Shown: positions 46,051-56,573 of the stretch, piece after piece
Numbering within the stretch: the first letter of the stretch is position 1
How the letters are laid out: the number at the start of each line of letters is the position of its first letter
Assembly: GCA_038245295.1 (NCBI GenBank)
Contig: JBBRSP010000016.1
Span: 54,327-118,326 of the forward strand
DNA: 64,000 nucleotides
Source: Candidatus Binatia bacterium
Lineage (GTDB): Bacteria > Desulfobacterota > Binatia > HRBIN30
Direction of reading: 5' to 3'
Translations under genes and position numbers: made by a program
The notes under the pieces: model-generated
The model's database searches: none
The model's input: only the letters and a program-made list of their open reading frames with translations
Told to the model about the DNA's origin: nothing

Positions 46051-47049
46051 CTACCCGCGCAGCCCGGCAAGACACCCGGCGCGCTCGAGGACGGAATCGA
46101 GGCTCCCTTTGTCGGCAACCGCGGCGTACTTCTGCCGCAGGCTGTTCAACGACTTGGCGTGATACTTCTGCGGCTTCTGCGTCCACGTCTTGCCATCCAG
46201 CACAACACTGAACTCCTCTTGCGCCGCCGCCATCGCCGCGGCGTTGGCCAACGTCCACGGCAGGAACAGCCCACCAACCTGGCGCTGCAGGAACGGCATC
46301 AAGGTTGACTCGAGGCTCGACCAAGCTTCGAAGTCGCCTTCGGCGCGCGGCCACAACATGCGTTGGATCCAGGCAAGAACATTGTGGGCCAGGCCTTCGA
46401 TGAGTGCGCCGGCGGTGGGATCGGTCCACGCTTCGTACAACTGCCCCCACAAACCGAAATCGCCGAAGCTCGGTCGCCCGCCGAACAGATACGGTCGCTC
46501 AGCCAGATGGGCGTCGAGTCGGACGATGGCTTCTCGGAAGGATGCTTCGATCTGCGACGCCGTCTGCGTATTCGAACCGACGAACCAAACGCGGTCGACC
46601 ATACGCGCCTGAATCATGGCAATCATCGCCGCATGACGTTCCTCATCGACCGCCGGCATCATGGCGCGCGCCAGACGTCCCGCCGAACTGAGTTGATCGA
46701 CCTCACGCGCCCAGCGGTAGTGGAACATCCACTTGTTGCCCCATTCGTCGCCGAACTCCTCGAGCAACGCCGAAACAAACGCGGCGACGGCGTCGCTTGG
46801 ATGAATCGACGGCTGCGGGTGCTGCGCCTCAACCTGTTCGATGATCGGCGTCGAGTCCTGGATGCCCTTGCCGTCCGGCGTCACCACCAGCGGCACAATC
46901 TGGATCTTAGCGAATTTCTGGTACTCCGCCTCGCTATCGGCGTTGCGCGCGACCCAGCGGTGCGGGATTCCCTTATAGCGGAAGTACGAACGCACCTTCA
47001 CCGAATACGGTGACATCTCGGCGCCAAAGACACGGTAAACATCAGCCAT
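46051..47049 (-). CDS. Glutathione S-transferase family protein
   Basis: SPYSVKVR, DSTPII, EEFGDEWGNKWMFHYRW, YLFGGRPSFGDFGLWGQL. Confidence 0.88.
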   Translation of the reverse strand: MADVYRVFGAEMSPYSVKVRSYFRYKGIPHRWVARNADSEAEYQKFAKIQIVPLVVTPDGKGIQDSTPIIEQVEAQHPQPSIHPSDAVAAFVSALLEEFGDEWGNKWMFHYRWAREVDQLSSAGRLARAMMPAVDEERHAAMIAMIQARMVDRVWFVGSNTQTASQIEASFREAIVRLDAHLAERPYLFGGRPSFGDFGLWGQLYEAWTDPTAGALIEGLAHNVLAWIQRMLWPRAEGDFEAWSSLESTLMPFLQRQVGGLFLPWTLANAAAMAAAQEEFSVVLDGKTWTQKPQKYHAKSLNSLRQKYAAVADKGSLDSVLERAGCLAGLRG

Positions 47050-47077
47050 TGCCGTTTCCTCCTCGAACCTGATGGCT

Positions 47078-47104
47078 TTGACATAGCGGCAGTTGTTATG
47101 TCAA
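47078..47104. promoter_or_regulatory. Palindromic operator TTGACATA-N11-TATGTCAA upstream of GST gene
   Basis: TTGACATA GCGGCAGTTGT TATGTCAA; near-identical site at 56823-56849. Confidence 0.7.
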
Positions 47105-47182
47105 TTCATGAACCCGAGCCGCCCCCAACCGAGGTTCACGGCGGCAGCAAACACTAGTGGTGCAGACGTCTCGAAAGCCGTC

Positions 47183-48793
47183 TCAGCCCGCGGCCATCAC
47201 CAACTCGCGGGCCCGCTTATAGTCCGCCTTGCCGTTCGGCGCGCGCGGCACCTGGGCAACAAGGACGATCTGCTTGGGCGCTTTGAAGGCTGCCAGTTGG
47301 CCCTTCGCGTGCGCGATCAACTGCACCTCGTCGGCTGAGCCGTGCAGCGCTACGACCGCAGCGACACGTTGGCCGAAGCGCTCGTCGGCCACACCAACGA
47401 CCAGACAATCCTCGACCGCCGGATGGCGTTTGAGAACCTCCTCGACTTCCTCCGCAAAGACCTTCTCACCACCGGTGTTGATGACCTGCGAGCCACGGCC
47501 GAGCAGTGTGATCGTACCGTCGGCTTCGACGGTGGCAAAGTCGCCCGGGAATGACCAGCGCACTCCATCGATCTCGCGGAAGGTGCGCGCCGACTTCTCC
47601 GGGTCCTTGTAGTATCCGAGAGGCACAGTGCCCGAGAGCGCCACCATACCGATCTCCCCCGAGCCAGGAGCGACCGGATGTCCGTCCTCATTCATCACGC
47701 GCGTGCCCGGATTGACGCGGAACGATGCCGTCGCCGCCGGACGCTTGCGCGAGTGTACCGACATTCCCATGCCGCCTTCGGTCGCGGCGATGAGGTCGAC
47801 GATCGTCAACTGCGGAAGGTGCTCGACCAGAGCGTCCTTCACTTCACGCGAGAACATCGCTCCGGCCGACGCCATGATCTGCAACGACGACAGATCGCGC
47901 CGGCGATCGTTGCGGCGATCCTCATCGAGGGTACGCGCCAGCGGGCGGGCGAAGGCGTCGCCCACCACGGTGATACCCGTCACCCGCTCGCGTTCGGCCA
48001 CGTCCCAGATCTCCCGCGGGTCGAAGCGTCGTCCGTCGACCAGTACCGTACAGCCGCCGAGCAACATCGTCGGATGCGAGCCGATGCCAAGCCCGGTGCC
48101 GTGCATCAAGGGACAGGGAACCAACGAGCGCGACCGTCGCCCATCGGCGGCCAGCTGCGCCGCCACGGTCGCAACCTCCTCGGGTGCCGGGGCTGCGATA
48201 CCGAGCATCGGCGCCAGACCGGCCAATCCCGCCAGCACGCCGCCGCCGATGCGCGTCATCACACCCTTGGGCATGCCGGTCGTGCCGCCCGTGTAAACCA
48301 TGGCGATATCGTCGGCGCTGCGCGCCATATGCGCCGCCGGCACCGCGGCGGCCACGACCTCCTCGTAACGTTCGGCCCCGTCGAGATGCTGCGCGTCGTC
48401 GGCCACTTCGATCCAGCGTCGCAGCAAGGGTAGGCGTTGGCGCACATGGGCGATGCGTTCGCCGAGGCTGGAATGAAAGACAACAACCTCGCTGTCGGAA
48501 TTCTCGAGCAGATAGTGGAGCTCGTCATCGAGGTAGCGATAGTTCACATTGACCGGCACGGCGCGCAGTTTGAGCGCCGCGAAATAGCCCTCGAGATACT
48601 CGGGAGCGTTATAGAGGAAGAGAGCCACCTTGCTGTTGAAGCCGACACCGGCGGCGGCGAAGGCAGCGGCGAGTCGCGCCGCGCGCCGCTCATAGTCCGC
48701 CCAAGTGACACGTCGCGTGCCCTGGACGATGGCGTCGCTGTCGCCGACGCGATCGGCGATCGATTCCCAGATCGTGGCGTAGTGAGCTTCCAT
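47183..48793 (-). CDS. Acyl-CoA synthetase (FadD19-like)
   Basis: YTGGTTGMPKGV, PLMHG, GYYKDPEKSARTF, LLGRGSQVINTGGEKV, PRAPNGK. Confidence 0.92.
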   Translation of the reverse strand: MEAHYATIWESIADRVGDSDAIVQGTRRVTWADYERRAARLAAAFAAAGVGFNSKVALFLYNAPEYLEGYFAALKLRAVPVNVNYRYLDDELHYLLENSDSEVVVFHSSLGERIAHVRQRLPLLRRWIEVADDAQHLDGAERYEEVVAAAVPAAHMARSADDIAMVYTGGTTGMPKGVMTRIGGGVLAGLAGLAPMLGIAAPAPEEVATVAAQLAADGRRSRSLVPCPLMHGTGLGIGSHPTMLLGGCTVLVDGRRFDPREIWDVAERERVTGITVVGDAFARPLARTLDEDRRNDRRRDLSSLQIMASAGAMFSREVKDALVEHLPQLTIVDLIAATEGGMGMSVHSRKRPAATASFRVNPGTRVMNEDGHPVAPGSGEIGMVALSGTVPLGYYKDPEKSARTFREIDGVRWSFPGDFATVEADGTITLLGRGSQVINTGGEKVFAEEVEEVLKRHPAVEDCLVVGVADERFGQRVAAVVALHGSADEVQLIAHAKGQLAAFKAPKQIVLVAQVPRAPNGKADYKRARELVMAAG

Positions 48794-48908
48794 ACATGGG
48801 TCTCCGCGCGCTGGCCTGCTCTCTTACGCCAGGAAGCCGCCGACGGGAAGCCGATTCATCTCGCCGGCAGGTTGAGGCGGGCCCATGAGACCGACTAGAC
48901 GTGGGACA

Positions 48909-50912
48909 ATGCAACACGACCCTCGCCACGCCCAGTCCGACTCGAGCCGATGGCCGCTGCGCTGCGCCCTCGGCGGTTCGCTGCTGGTCATGCTGCTGCT
49001 GGGTTTTACGCCGGGAGTCGCCCCGCACGAGGATCTCGGGCGCCATCTGCTTCTTGGCGAGATCATCTCGCGCGAACATCAGGTACCCAAGGTAAACCTC
49101 CTGACATACACCCATCCTGACTTCCCGTTCGTGAACCATCACTGGCTTTCCGAAGTCATCCTCTACCAACTGCATCGCCTTGGCGGTCTGAATGGATTGA
49201 TCGTATGGCAGATGGTCGCGCTCACCTTCGCTGTCGGTCTATCACTGCTCACGGTTCCGCCGCGCCGGCACACCGGACTCTATTGGCTGGCCGGGATCAT
49301 CGCCGCCGTGACGATCGGCTACCGGGCCGATCTGCGCCCCGAGCTGTTCACCTTCGTCTGCGTCGCTCTCTACGGCTGGCTGTTTGAACGCCTACGCCAG
49401 CGCGACCGGGCCTGGATGCGCGGTAGCATTCTCGGCGTCGGTGCCGCTTGGGCAAACCTCCACATCTACTTCATCTTCGGCATCGGCATGGCCGGAGCGT
49501 TCATGGTCGAGCGTTGCTGGCTGACGCGCCGGCCCAACCGGTGGGTGCGCGAGGCCGGCTGGTTCGCGGCGCTGCTCGGCGTCAGCAGTCTCGGGCCAAA
49601 TGGTTTGGCTGGACTGCTTTATCCCCTTCGCATCTTCTCGAGCTACGGAGTCGACATTGTCGAGAACTCGTCGCCCCTCGAGCTCTGGCAAACGGCACTC
49701 AATCCCATGCTCATCGTCTTGCCGTTGTTGTCCGTCGCGGTCGTCGCGGCCGCCGCATTCCTGGCTCGACCGAAGTCCGCCGCACCACCGCGCCTCGCGA
49801 CTACACTGATCGCGCTTACCGCGCTGCTGGCGGGCTGGAAGATGGCACGCAGCGTACCCCTTCTAGCGCTGACCGGCCTGCCACTGATCGGGGCCGCCCT
49901 TTCCGACGCAACGTCCGCAAACCGTCCAGTCTCAAACGCAGTCGTGCCGTGGCTTACGCGTGCCGCCAGCCGTCTCAGCTTTGTCGTGGCGGCACTGTTT
50001 ACGGTGGGTGTGGCAATCGCGACGATCAACGGCAGCTACTCGCGTCTATTCCCGGCGCCAATTTACCCGACGCCGTTCGGGTTCGATGACGAGTCGCGTT
50101 ACGGCAAGATTCGCGAACTGGTCGATCGCGACGGCCTCCAGGGCCCCGTGTTGAGCGATTTCAACATAGGCAGCCTGGTGGAGTATCAGATCTATCCGCA
50201 ACCAGGTTACGCCGACAACCGCCCCGAAGCGTTCCCGGCATCGTTCTGGAGCGGCGAGTATCGATCGGCGCTGCAGCCGGGTGAGGAGTGGGAAACGCTG
50301 CGCCAAGCACGGCACTGGAACACAGTCATCGTCTCCCTCTGGGCGGCACCACCCTTTATAAAGGCACTGGCGCAACAACCGGAATGGGCGCTGGTCCACG
50401 TCGATGATCTCTGTGTCATCTTCGTGCGCAACGAAGCGGTCAACGCCGACATCATCCGCGAGCTGGGCGGCAACACACACCGCCTCGAGGAGCACGAACG
50501 GCAGGTCGCGACACGCATCGACAGCCTGGCGAATCTGCCTTGGTGGCGCCGCAATGTCGAAGCCGAACGCGCCGTGTACGAGATCTACGCACTCATGTTG
50601 GTCGGCGGCGACGGAGAACGCATCTGGCAACACCTCGTCAGATTGAATGCCCTATATCCCGACTACGAGCTGGTCTACGAGCTCATGGAGAAGGCCGCTC
50701 CGCAGCACTCCGTCGAGCTGCGCCCCTTCTTGCAAGCTCAGGCTCGTTGGCCAACCACTGTCCGGCAGGTCCTCGCGTGGGCCGACGCGCTCGTACTGGA
50801 GGGGCAACTCGCCCACGCCCAAAGCGTCCTTGAACGTGGACAGTGGTTCTTCCCGTTGTCCCCCGAGCTACGTGAGGCGCTCCAATTTGTGTCCGCCCGA
50901 GCGCCGCGCTAG
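48909..50912 (+). CDS. Multi-pass membrane protein, probable GT-C-like
   Basis: DLGRHLLLGE, VNHHWLSE, RPELF, WANLH; about 11 TM segments then soluble helical domain. Confidence 0.6.
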   Translation: MQHDPRHAQSDSSRWPLRCALGGSLLVMLLLGFTPGVAPHEDLGRHLLLGEIISREHQVPKVNLLTYTHPDFPFVNHHWLSEVILYQLHRLGGLNGLIVWQMVALTFAVGLSLLTVPPRRHTGLYWLAGIIAAVTIGYRADLRPELFTFVCVALYGWLFERLRQRDRAWMRGSILGVGAAWANLHIYFIFGIGMAGAFMVERCWLTRRPNRWVREAGWFAALLGVSSLGPNGLAGLLYPLRIFSSYGVDIVENSSPLELWQTALNPMLIVLPLLSVAVVAAAAFLARPKSAAPPRLATTLIALTALLAGWKMARSVPLLALTGLPLIGAALSDATSANRPVSNAVVPWLTRAASRLSFVVAALFTVGVAIATINGSYSRLFPAPIYPTPFGFDDESRYGKIRELVDRDGLQGPVLSDFNIGSLVEYQIYPQPGYADNRPEAFPASFWSGEYRSALQPGEEWETLRQARHWNTVIVSLWAAPPFIKALAQQPEWALVHVDDLCVIFVRNEAVNADIIRELGGNTHRLEEHERQVATRIDSLANLPWWRRNVEAERAVYEIYALMLVGGDGERIWQHLVRLNALYPDYELVYELMEKAAPQHSVELRPFLQAQARWPTTVRQVLAWADALVLEGQLAHAQSVLERGQWFFPLSPELREALQFVSARAPR

Positions 50913-50920
50913 CAATCGGG

Positions 50921-51340
50921 TTACCAGATGCGAAAACCCAACGGCGGCTGCTTGTCGCGCCGCGTGTGTGGGACGCTGGTCGGCGCGTAATAGCTGCGCT
51001 CCCCGTAGAGCTTGCGCTCGATCGTGTGCTCGGCGTGCACGACGAGCGGCGACAAGACCCAGTGCCACATGAAAATCAGGATGACGGCGGCGGTGACCAA
51101 CAGGCCCCAGAAGCCGGCAGGCGCCTTGGCTGGCTTGGGAAACCACGCCGGGATGATGCTTGGCTTGCGAACTTTGGTGCGGACACCGACGCCGGAGCCG
51201 GTCTGCACGTCCGGTGTCGCCGTTGGTGCATCGACGACGACGATCTCGATCGTCTTCGGCTCGGCGAACGGACGCTCGTCCTTCGTTGTACTACGCCACT
51301 GCCAGACGCGGCGTGGGGGTTTTGATGGATCGTCTGCCAT
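50921..51340 (-). CDS. Hypothetical single-pass membrane protein
   Basis: GGGAG before ATG 51340; one hydrophobic segment; fills the gap between genes; no family recognised. Confidence 0.5.
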   Translation of the reverse strand: MADDPSKPPRRVWQWRSTTKDERPFAEPKTIEIVVVDAPTATPDVQTGSGVGVRTKVRKPSIIPAWFPKPAKAPAGFWGLLVTAAVILIFMWHWVLSPLVVHAEHTIERKLYGERSYYAPTSVPHTRRDKQPPLGFRIW

Positions 51341-51447
51341 GACCGCTCCCGAATTGTGCGGCTTCAATTCGATTAGGTCAACACACTGCCTTAAGTAGAG
51401 CCGGCAGGCACTGACGCCACCCGCGGTGGATCAGCGCGTCGATTGGC

Positions 51448-52452
51448 TCACGAGTTCGAGTACAGAACTGAGCGAAAGCCGGGGTGTGCCCCCTTCAGCT
51501 CGGCGATTCGAGCCGTGCCACGCAGCACCAGCGGGTGCTGCAGATCGAGCATGGCGGTGCGGTAGCTAGGACGCCCCTGCAGACGTGCCCAGTACTCGCA
51601 CACTTGCGGCCAACGCGCGTGTTGAAGCGCGTCGATGCGATCCGCCTCACGCAAGCGCTCGAAGATTACGGTCCAGCTGACATCGGCGAGAGTGAACTGC
51701 CCACCGGTGATCCACGGGCCGCCGGTGCTGGCCAGGTGGCGTTCGAGATCGTCCAGATGGAGCCCCATCCGGCGCCAGCTGGCGTTGATCAGCCGAACGG
51801 CGGGCGCCAACTTGGGGAGGCGCCGCAGCCCGGCGGCTTTCAAGATCAGAAAGAACAGCGGCCGCGACTTGATGCGATGGAAGAGCAGACCCTCGATGAT
51901 GTGACGCGTCGGAATGTCGGCAATCATCGCCGCAAACATCGGCACGGTGAGGCCCGGGATGCAGTTGCCGGCAGTGCTGTCCAAATCTTTGACCGGATCA
52001 TCGCCGGTGAGTGACGACTGGTCGATCCAGCGCTGCATCACCGCGCGAACCTGCGGATCTTGGGGCACCAACAGGTCGGGGGTCGGACTGTGCTCCGCCG
52101 CGTAGGTGATGATGTCGTGCGATTCGTAGATCGGGTGACCGTTGTGGATGAGCACCGGCACGAGCGCAGCCGGGCTGACCGCGAGATAACGACGCCCGAT
52201 GTTTTCGTAACTGCCGGTCTCGACGAGATCAACGTGATGACTGACGTACGGCAAGCCGAGCTCAGCCATACACATGCGCACCTTCTTCGAACATAGCGAG
52301 AAGGCGTTGTGATAGAGTTCGAACTCAGCCGTGTACGGCACCGTGCGATCGAGATGGATCCCACCCATCATCGCATGAGTGCGGCGCCGGCTGCGCTCGC
52401 GCATGTACCAGGCGACGATCGCCACGCAACAGGCTGCGGCAATCCACCCCAT
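51448..52452 (-). CDS. Glutathione S-transferase family protein with N-terminal membrane anchor
   Basis: SLCSKKVRMCMAE, LVPVLIHNG, YESHDI, WITGGQFTLADV, RLQGRPSY. Confidence 0.85.
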   Translation of the reverse strand: MGWIAAACCVAIVAWYMRERSRRRTHAMMGGIHLDRTVPYTAEFELYHNAFSLCSKKVRMCMAELGLPYVSHHVDLVETGSYENIGRRYLAVSPAALVPVLIHNGHPIYESHDIITYAAEHSPTPDLLVPQDPQVRAVMQRWIDQSSLTGDDPVKDLDSTAGNCIPGLTVPMFAAMIADIPTRHIIEGLLFHRIKSRPLFFLILKAAGLRRLPKLAPAVRLINASWRRMGLHLDDLERHLASTGGPWITGGQFTLADVSWTVIFERLREADRIDALQHARWPQVCEYWARLQGRPSYRTAMLDLQHPLVLRGTARIAELKGAHPGFRSVLYSNS

Positions 52453-52532
52453 CAGGCTCGCGGATTCTCCATTCGTCGGCCCTTGGATTCCACGCATGCC
52501 GCGCCAGTGCAACTACCTACTCTCGCTGCAAC

Positions 52533-52582
52533 GACGGTTCGGGAGCCGCCCGGTTTGCCGAGCGGTTGCCGAACCGCCCTAC
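52533..52582. repeat. REP-like GGCGGTTC...GAACCGCCCTAC repeat
   Basis: GACGGTTCGGGAGCCGCCC and GCGGTTGCCGAACCGCCCTAC; related hairpins near 24254-24271 and 34597-34640. Confidence 0.5.
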
Positions 52583-52645
52583 CCAGTTCGTCTATTGTAT
52601 CGCCGGTAGACTCCGCTAGCGTCGCCTCTCGGGCAGGAGAACTAC

Positions 52646-53176
52646 ATGAAAGTAGCGCAGCGACTCACGGTAAGCCTTGGCCTTGTCCTCGTCGTGGGTG
52701 CAATGTCGCCGTTGGCGGCACAACCGGCCGAGCCGGAACAGCAGGCTGGTGGCCTGGAACAAACGCAACGCATGGTCGCCGGCTTCAGGGCGCGCTTCAG
52801 CCGCGTCGGCCCCGAGCTGGCGGAAAATCTCGATCAACTTTACTCGGCCGATGTGCGCTTCCGCGATCCGATCTCGACGGTGAGCGGACTCGACGACCTG
52901 CGGCGCTACTTCGCGCACTTCGCCGAAGTCTCCCACGGCGCGCGCTTCGAGATCACCGACACGGTGATCCAGCCAGGCGAAGCAGCGCTGTTCTGGACCA
53001 TGACGATGCTCGACAAGCACGGTAAACCGGAACGTCAGTTCGGCGGCGTCAGCCACCTCAAGGTGGGAGAGCGTATCTACGAAGAGCGCGATTACTTCGA
53101 TCTCGGAGAAGCGGTCTACGATCACGTGCCCGTGGTGAGTTGGTTCACCAGCCTCGTGCGCTCGCGTCTGCAGTAA
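52646..53176 (+). CDS. SnoaL/NTF2-like protein with signal peptide
   Basis: LYSADVRFRDP, GVSHL, ERDYFDLGEAVYDHVP; RBS AGGAGA. Confidence 0.85.
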   Translation: MKVAQRLTVSLGLVLVVGAMSPLAAQPAEPEQQAGGLEQTQRMVAGFRARFSRVGPELAENLDQLYSADVRFRDPISTVSGLDDLRRYFAHFAEVSHGARFEITDTVIQPGEAALFWTMTMLDKHGKPERQFGGVSHLKVGERIYEERDYFDLGEAVYDHVPVVSWFTSLVRSRLQ

Positions 53177-53181
53177 CCGGG

Positions 53182-53736
53182 ATGTCGCCAAGGTTACTGA
53201 ATTATGTCCTCTACCAAGGAGGATGGTTTGCCTGTGTGCTCGGCGCCGCGTGGGGACACGCCGGCGCCGGAACACTCATCGGCCTGCTCTTCCTCGCGTT
53301 ACATCTCGCGTTAGCGCGCCAGCGCCGAAACGAGATTGAGCTAGTCCTCGGAACCGCTTTAGTCGGCCTGGTGGTCGATACAATTCAAATCGCTCTCGGC
53401 ACGCTAAGGTTCGACGCCGGTACCATCGTGCCATGGCTACCGCCGCCGTGGATGATCGTCATCTGGATGCAGTTCGCCACAACGTTCCACTACAGCCTGA
53501 GCTGGCTCAAACATCGGCCGTGGCGTGCGGCCTTGTTTGGCGCCGTCGGCGGGCCGCTGGCATTTTACGCCGGCAGACGACTCGGCGTCGTCGAGCTGCA
53601 TCCCGACCTGTGGCCGAGCCTCCTGTCGCTCACCATCTTGTGGAGCATCGCCATGCCGTTGTCGCTGCGGCTGGCCGAGCGCCAGCAGCAAGGCGACGGC
53701 AAATACCGCTGGCCGCCGGCGAAACCGCAAGAGTAA
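53182..53736 (+). CDS. DUF2878 family membrane protein
   Basis: YQGGWFACV, PPWMIVIWMQFATT, SLSWL, GAVGGPLAFYAG. Confidence 0.85.
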   Translation: MSPRLLNYVLYQGGWFACVLGAAWGHAGAGTLIGLLFLALHLALARQRRNEIELVLGTALVGLVVDTIQIALGTLRFDAGTIVPWLPPPWMIVIWMQFATTFHYSLSWLKHRPWRAALFGAVGGPLAFYAGRRLGVVELHPDLWPSLLSLTILWSIAMPLSLRLAERQQQGDGKYRWPPAKPQE

Positions 53737-53812
53737 CCCGGCATCCCTCCCAGCCTTCCCATTCCTCCCATTTGTTCCAGATCGTAAAGGTGATTCGCCC
53801 GCAAAAGAATGC

Positions 53813-54859
53813 TCAGCCCGAAGCCGGACGCCCCGCCGTCGGCGGACGCTGCGGCGCCGGACAACACACCGACGGACAGACATCCGGCCGCGCCGCCAGC
53901 TTGCCGACGGTGGCGCGCTCGGGCGTTCCGGACAGTCTCTCTTCGGCCAACTCGCGAATCATCCGAATGAAGCGCGGATGTGTACCGGGCGTTCCGGCGC
54001 GCACCAGCGCCAGGCCGATCTCGTCACACACCGCCGCCGCTTCGGTGTCGAGATCGTAGAGAACTTCCATGTGATCGGAGATGAACCCAAGCGGCATGAC
54101 AACCACATCGGCTACATCCTGTGAGCGCAAGTCGCGCAACGCCGTCAGGATATCCGGCTCCAACCACGGCTGCGTCGGCGGACCACTGCGGCTCTGCCAC
54201 ACCAACGCATCGCCGCTGCGTCCCAGGTTTTCCGAAACCAGACGCGCCGCCTCCTGCAATTCGGCGACATACGTGCTTCCGGCAGCCATCGACATCGGCA
54301 CGCTGTGCGCCGTGTAGAGCAGGTGCGCCGTCGAGCGGCGCGGCGCCGGAATCTTTTCGAATGCGTCGCGCACACGTTGCGTGACTGTCTCGATGAACCC
54401 AGAGTGATTGAAGAAGACCCGTAGCTTGTCGACCACAGGGGCCTCACCTTTGCCGTCCGCCGCAACGTTGGCCCGGGCACGCGCGATGTCTTCCAAATAT
54501 TGCCGACAACCGGAATACGAGCTGAAGGCCGATGTTACAAAGGCAAGGGCGTGCCGAATCCCGTCGTCGCGCATCTGGCGCAGCGTGTCGGTCAGCAACG
54601 GATGCCAGTTGCGATTACCCCAGTAGATCGGCAGGTCGATGCCGGCCGCCCGCATCTCGGGCTCCAGGGCCGCAAGCAACTCGCGGTTCTGATCGTTGAT
54701 CGGGCTGCGGCCGTCGAAGTGATAGTAGTGCTCCGCCACTTCGAGCAGGCGCGCCTGCGGAACGTTCTTGCCGCGCAGCACGTTCTCTAGAAACGGGATG
54801 ACGTCTTCGTGACGCTCCGGGCCACCAAACGATGTAATCAGAAGCGCGTCGTATTCCAT
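53813..54859 (-). CDS. hemH: Ferrochelatase
   Basis: SFGGPE, GRSPIN, GNRNWHP, TAHSVP, WQSRSGPPTQPWLEPD, GFISDHMEVLYDLD. Confidence 0.95.
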   Translation of the reverse strand: MEYDALLITSFGGPERHEDVIPFLENVLRGKNVPQARLLEVAEHYYHFDGRSPINDQNRELLAALEPEMRAAGIDLPIYWGNRNWHPLLTDTLRQMRDDGIRHALAFVTSAFSSYSGCRQYLEDIARARANVAADGKGEAPVVDKLRVFFNHSGFIETVTQRVRDAFEKIPAPRRSTAHLLYTAHSVPMSMAAGSTYVAELQEAARLVSENLGRSGDALVWQSRSGPPTQPWLEPDILTALRDLRSQDVADVVVMPLGFISDHMEVLYDLDTEAAAVCDEIGLALVRAGTPGTHPRFIRMIRELAEERLSGTPERATVGKLAARPDVCPSVCCPAPQRPPTAGRPASG

Positions 54860-54869
54860 TCTCTGCCTT

Positions 54870-56534
54870 TCAATTCGACCAGTAGATGACCTCGTCGTCT
54901 GGTTTCATCGGCGTGTCCTGCGGGTGATCGATCGCGATCGTCCCCTCGAGGAGTGACGGCCACAGCGGCTTGCTCTGCTCCGCATCGACCTTGGCAAGCT
55001 TGGCCTGCATGTCGCTCAGCGCCGCCGCCTCACTCGCCGCGAGGTTCGTCTTCTCCGTCGGATCGTTCGTCACGTTGAACAGCCACGCCTTCTTCTGGGT
55101 ACCATCCACCTGCAGTTTCCAGTCCCCGGCCAATAGAGTCTTATACGGCCCGGAGCGCCAGAACAGGGACTCGTGCGGCCGCCCTGTCGATTTCCCAGAG
55201 ATGAACGACAGTAGGTCGACACCGTCATAGGTGCGATCCTGCGGTAGCGGCACGCCCGCCGCGGCCGCCGCTGTCGTAAAGATGTCGACGTGCCCGACCG
55301 GCGATTCGAGAGTCGTGCCGGCGGGAATCGCCGCCGGCCATCTGATGAAGAACGGCACCCGGATACCGCCTTCGAAGAAGGTGGCCTTCCAGCCGCGGAA
55401 CGGGCGATTGATTTCCGGCAACCCGATGTAGTGCGCGCCGCCGTTGTCGCTGGTGAAAATCACCATCGTATTCTCGTCGAGCCCATTCTCCTGCAGCGAT
55501 GCGAGAACCTTGCCGACGCCGCGATCGAGCCCGCGGATCATCGCGGCATAGACGCGCAGCCGATGATCGCTGATGTTGGAGAGCGCATCGTAGTCCGACT
55601 TCAGCGCCTGCAGCGGTGTGTGCGGTGCGTTGAAGGCCAGGTACATGAAGAAGGGACGGTTGCGGTTGGCGGCGATCGACTTGACCGCTTCGTCGGCCAG
55701 GTAGTCGGTCATGTACTCACTCGGCGCGAAGCGCTTGCCGCCGTTGTTGGTCACGGCGAACGGCAAGTTCGCCCACAGGAACTTGTCGATCGAGTCGAAG
55801 TCCTGAAACGAGTTGACGACCTGAGGATCGTTCTTCGGCAGATACATCGAGCCGCCGGAGTAGAAGCCCAGCGTCTCATCAAAGCCGCGGGCTTCGGGTC
55901 GTGAGGCTTCCGTCTCGCCCAGATGCCACTTCCCGAACCACAGGGTGTGGTAGCCGTTGCGTTTGAGCAGCTCGGCGATCGTCGTTTCCTTGGCCGGCAC
56001 GGCCATGCTCGCCATCGGCGGAACCTCGGCCTCGCGCTCGTCGTGGTAGATCGCCTTGCCGCCGCCGACGCCGCCGTTGTGGGCGAGCAGCTTGGCAAAC
56101 TGCACCGGCACCGGGGTGAACTCGAAACCAAAACGCGTCGCGTAACGCCCGGTGAGAATGGCGGCGCGCGACGGCGCGCAGGTCGCATTGCCGGCATAGC
56201 CCTGGCGGAAGGTCACGCCACCCTCGGCGATGGAGTCGATGCTACGTGTCCGCACCGCCCCGTTGGCGACACCACCGCCGCCAAAGGTCAGGTCGTTGAA
56301 TCCCAGATCATCGGCCAGAATGAGAATGATGTTGGGCTTACGTTTGTCGGCAGGAACAGCCGGAGTGTCGGGACCCTTCTCCCAGACCACCGGGCGCGGC
56401 GGCGCGACCGGATCGCGCAGCTGGGAGACGATCCCGGGAATGTAATACCAGTAGCGTTGGAACAGGGCTGCGCCGCCGCCGATGATCAGCACCGCTATTC
56501 CAATCAAGATCCGTGCTCGCCTGCTCAATGTCAT
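54870..56534 (-). CDS. Sulfatase (arylsulfatase A-like) with N-terminal anchor
   Basis: PNIILILADDLG, CAPSRAAILTG (CxPxR), GKWHLG, SDNG, EGGIRVP. Confidence 0.93.
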   Translation of the reverse strand: MTLSRRARILIGIAVLIIGGGAALFQRYWYYIPGIVSQLRDPVAPPRPVVWEKGPDTPAVPADKRKPNIILILADDLGFNDLTFGGGGVANGAVRTRSIDSIAEGGVTFRQGYAGNATCAPSRAAILTGRYATRFGFEFTPVPVQFAKLLAHNGGVGGGKAIYHDEREAEVPPMASMAVPAKETTIAELLKRNGYHTLWFGKWHLGETEASRPEARGFDETLGFYSGGSMYLPKNDPQVVNSFQDFDSIDKFLWANLPFAVTNNGGKRFAPSEYMTDYLADEAVKSIAANRNRPFFMYLAFNAPHTPLQALKSDYDALSNISDHRLRVYAAMIRGLDRGVGKVLASLQENGLDENTMVIFTSDNGGAHYIGLPEINRPFRGWKATFFEGGIRVPFFIRWPAAIPAGTTLESPVGHVDIFTTAAAAAGVPLPQDRTYDGVDLLSFISGKSTGRPHESLFWRSGPYKTLLAGDWKLQVDGTQKKAWLFNVTNDPTEKTNLAASEAAALSDMQAKLAKVDAEQSKPLWPSLLEGTIAIDHPQDTPMKPDDEVIYWSN

Positions 56535-56573
56535 CGCGTTCTCCCGCCTCCGTTGAACGTCATCCCGGCGAAA

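Noticed and set aside
47078..47104. FNR/CRP-family box
   Set aside because: Arms resemble TTGA...TCAA but the spacing is far longer than TTGAT-N4-ATCAA.
53744..53780. Short pyrimidine-rich 9-mer repeats (TCCCAGCCT TCCCATTCC TCCCATTTG)
   Set aside because: Only three or four degenerate units and no second copy in the window; too weak to call.
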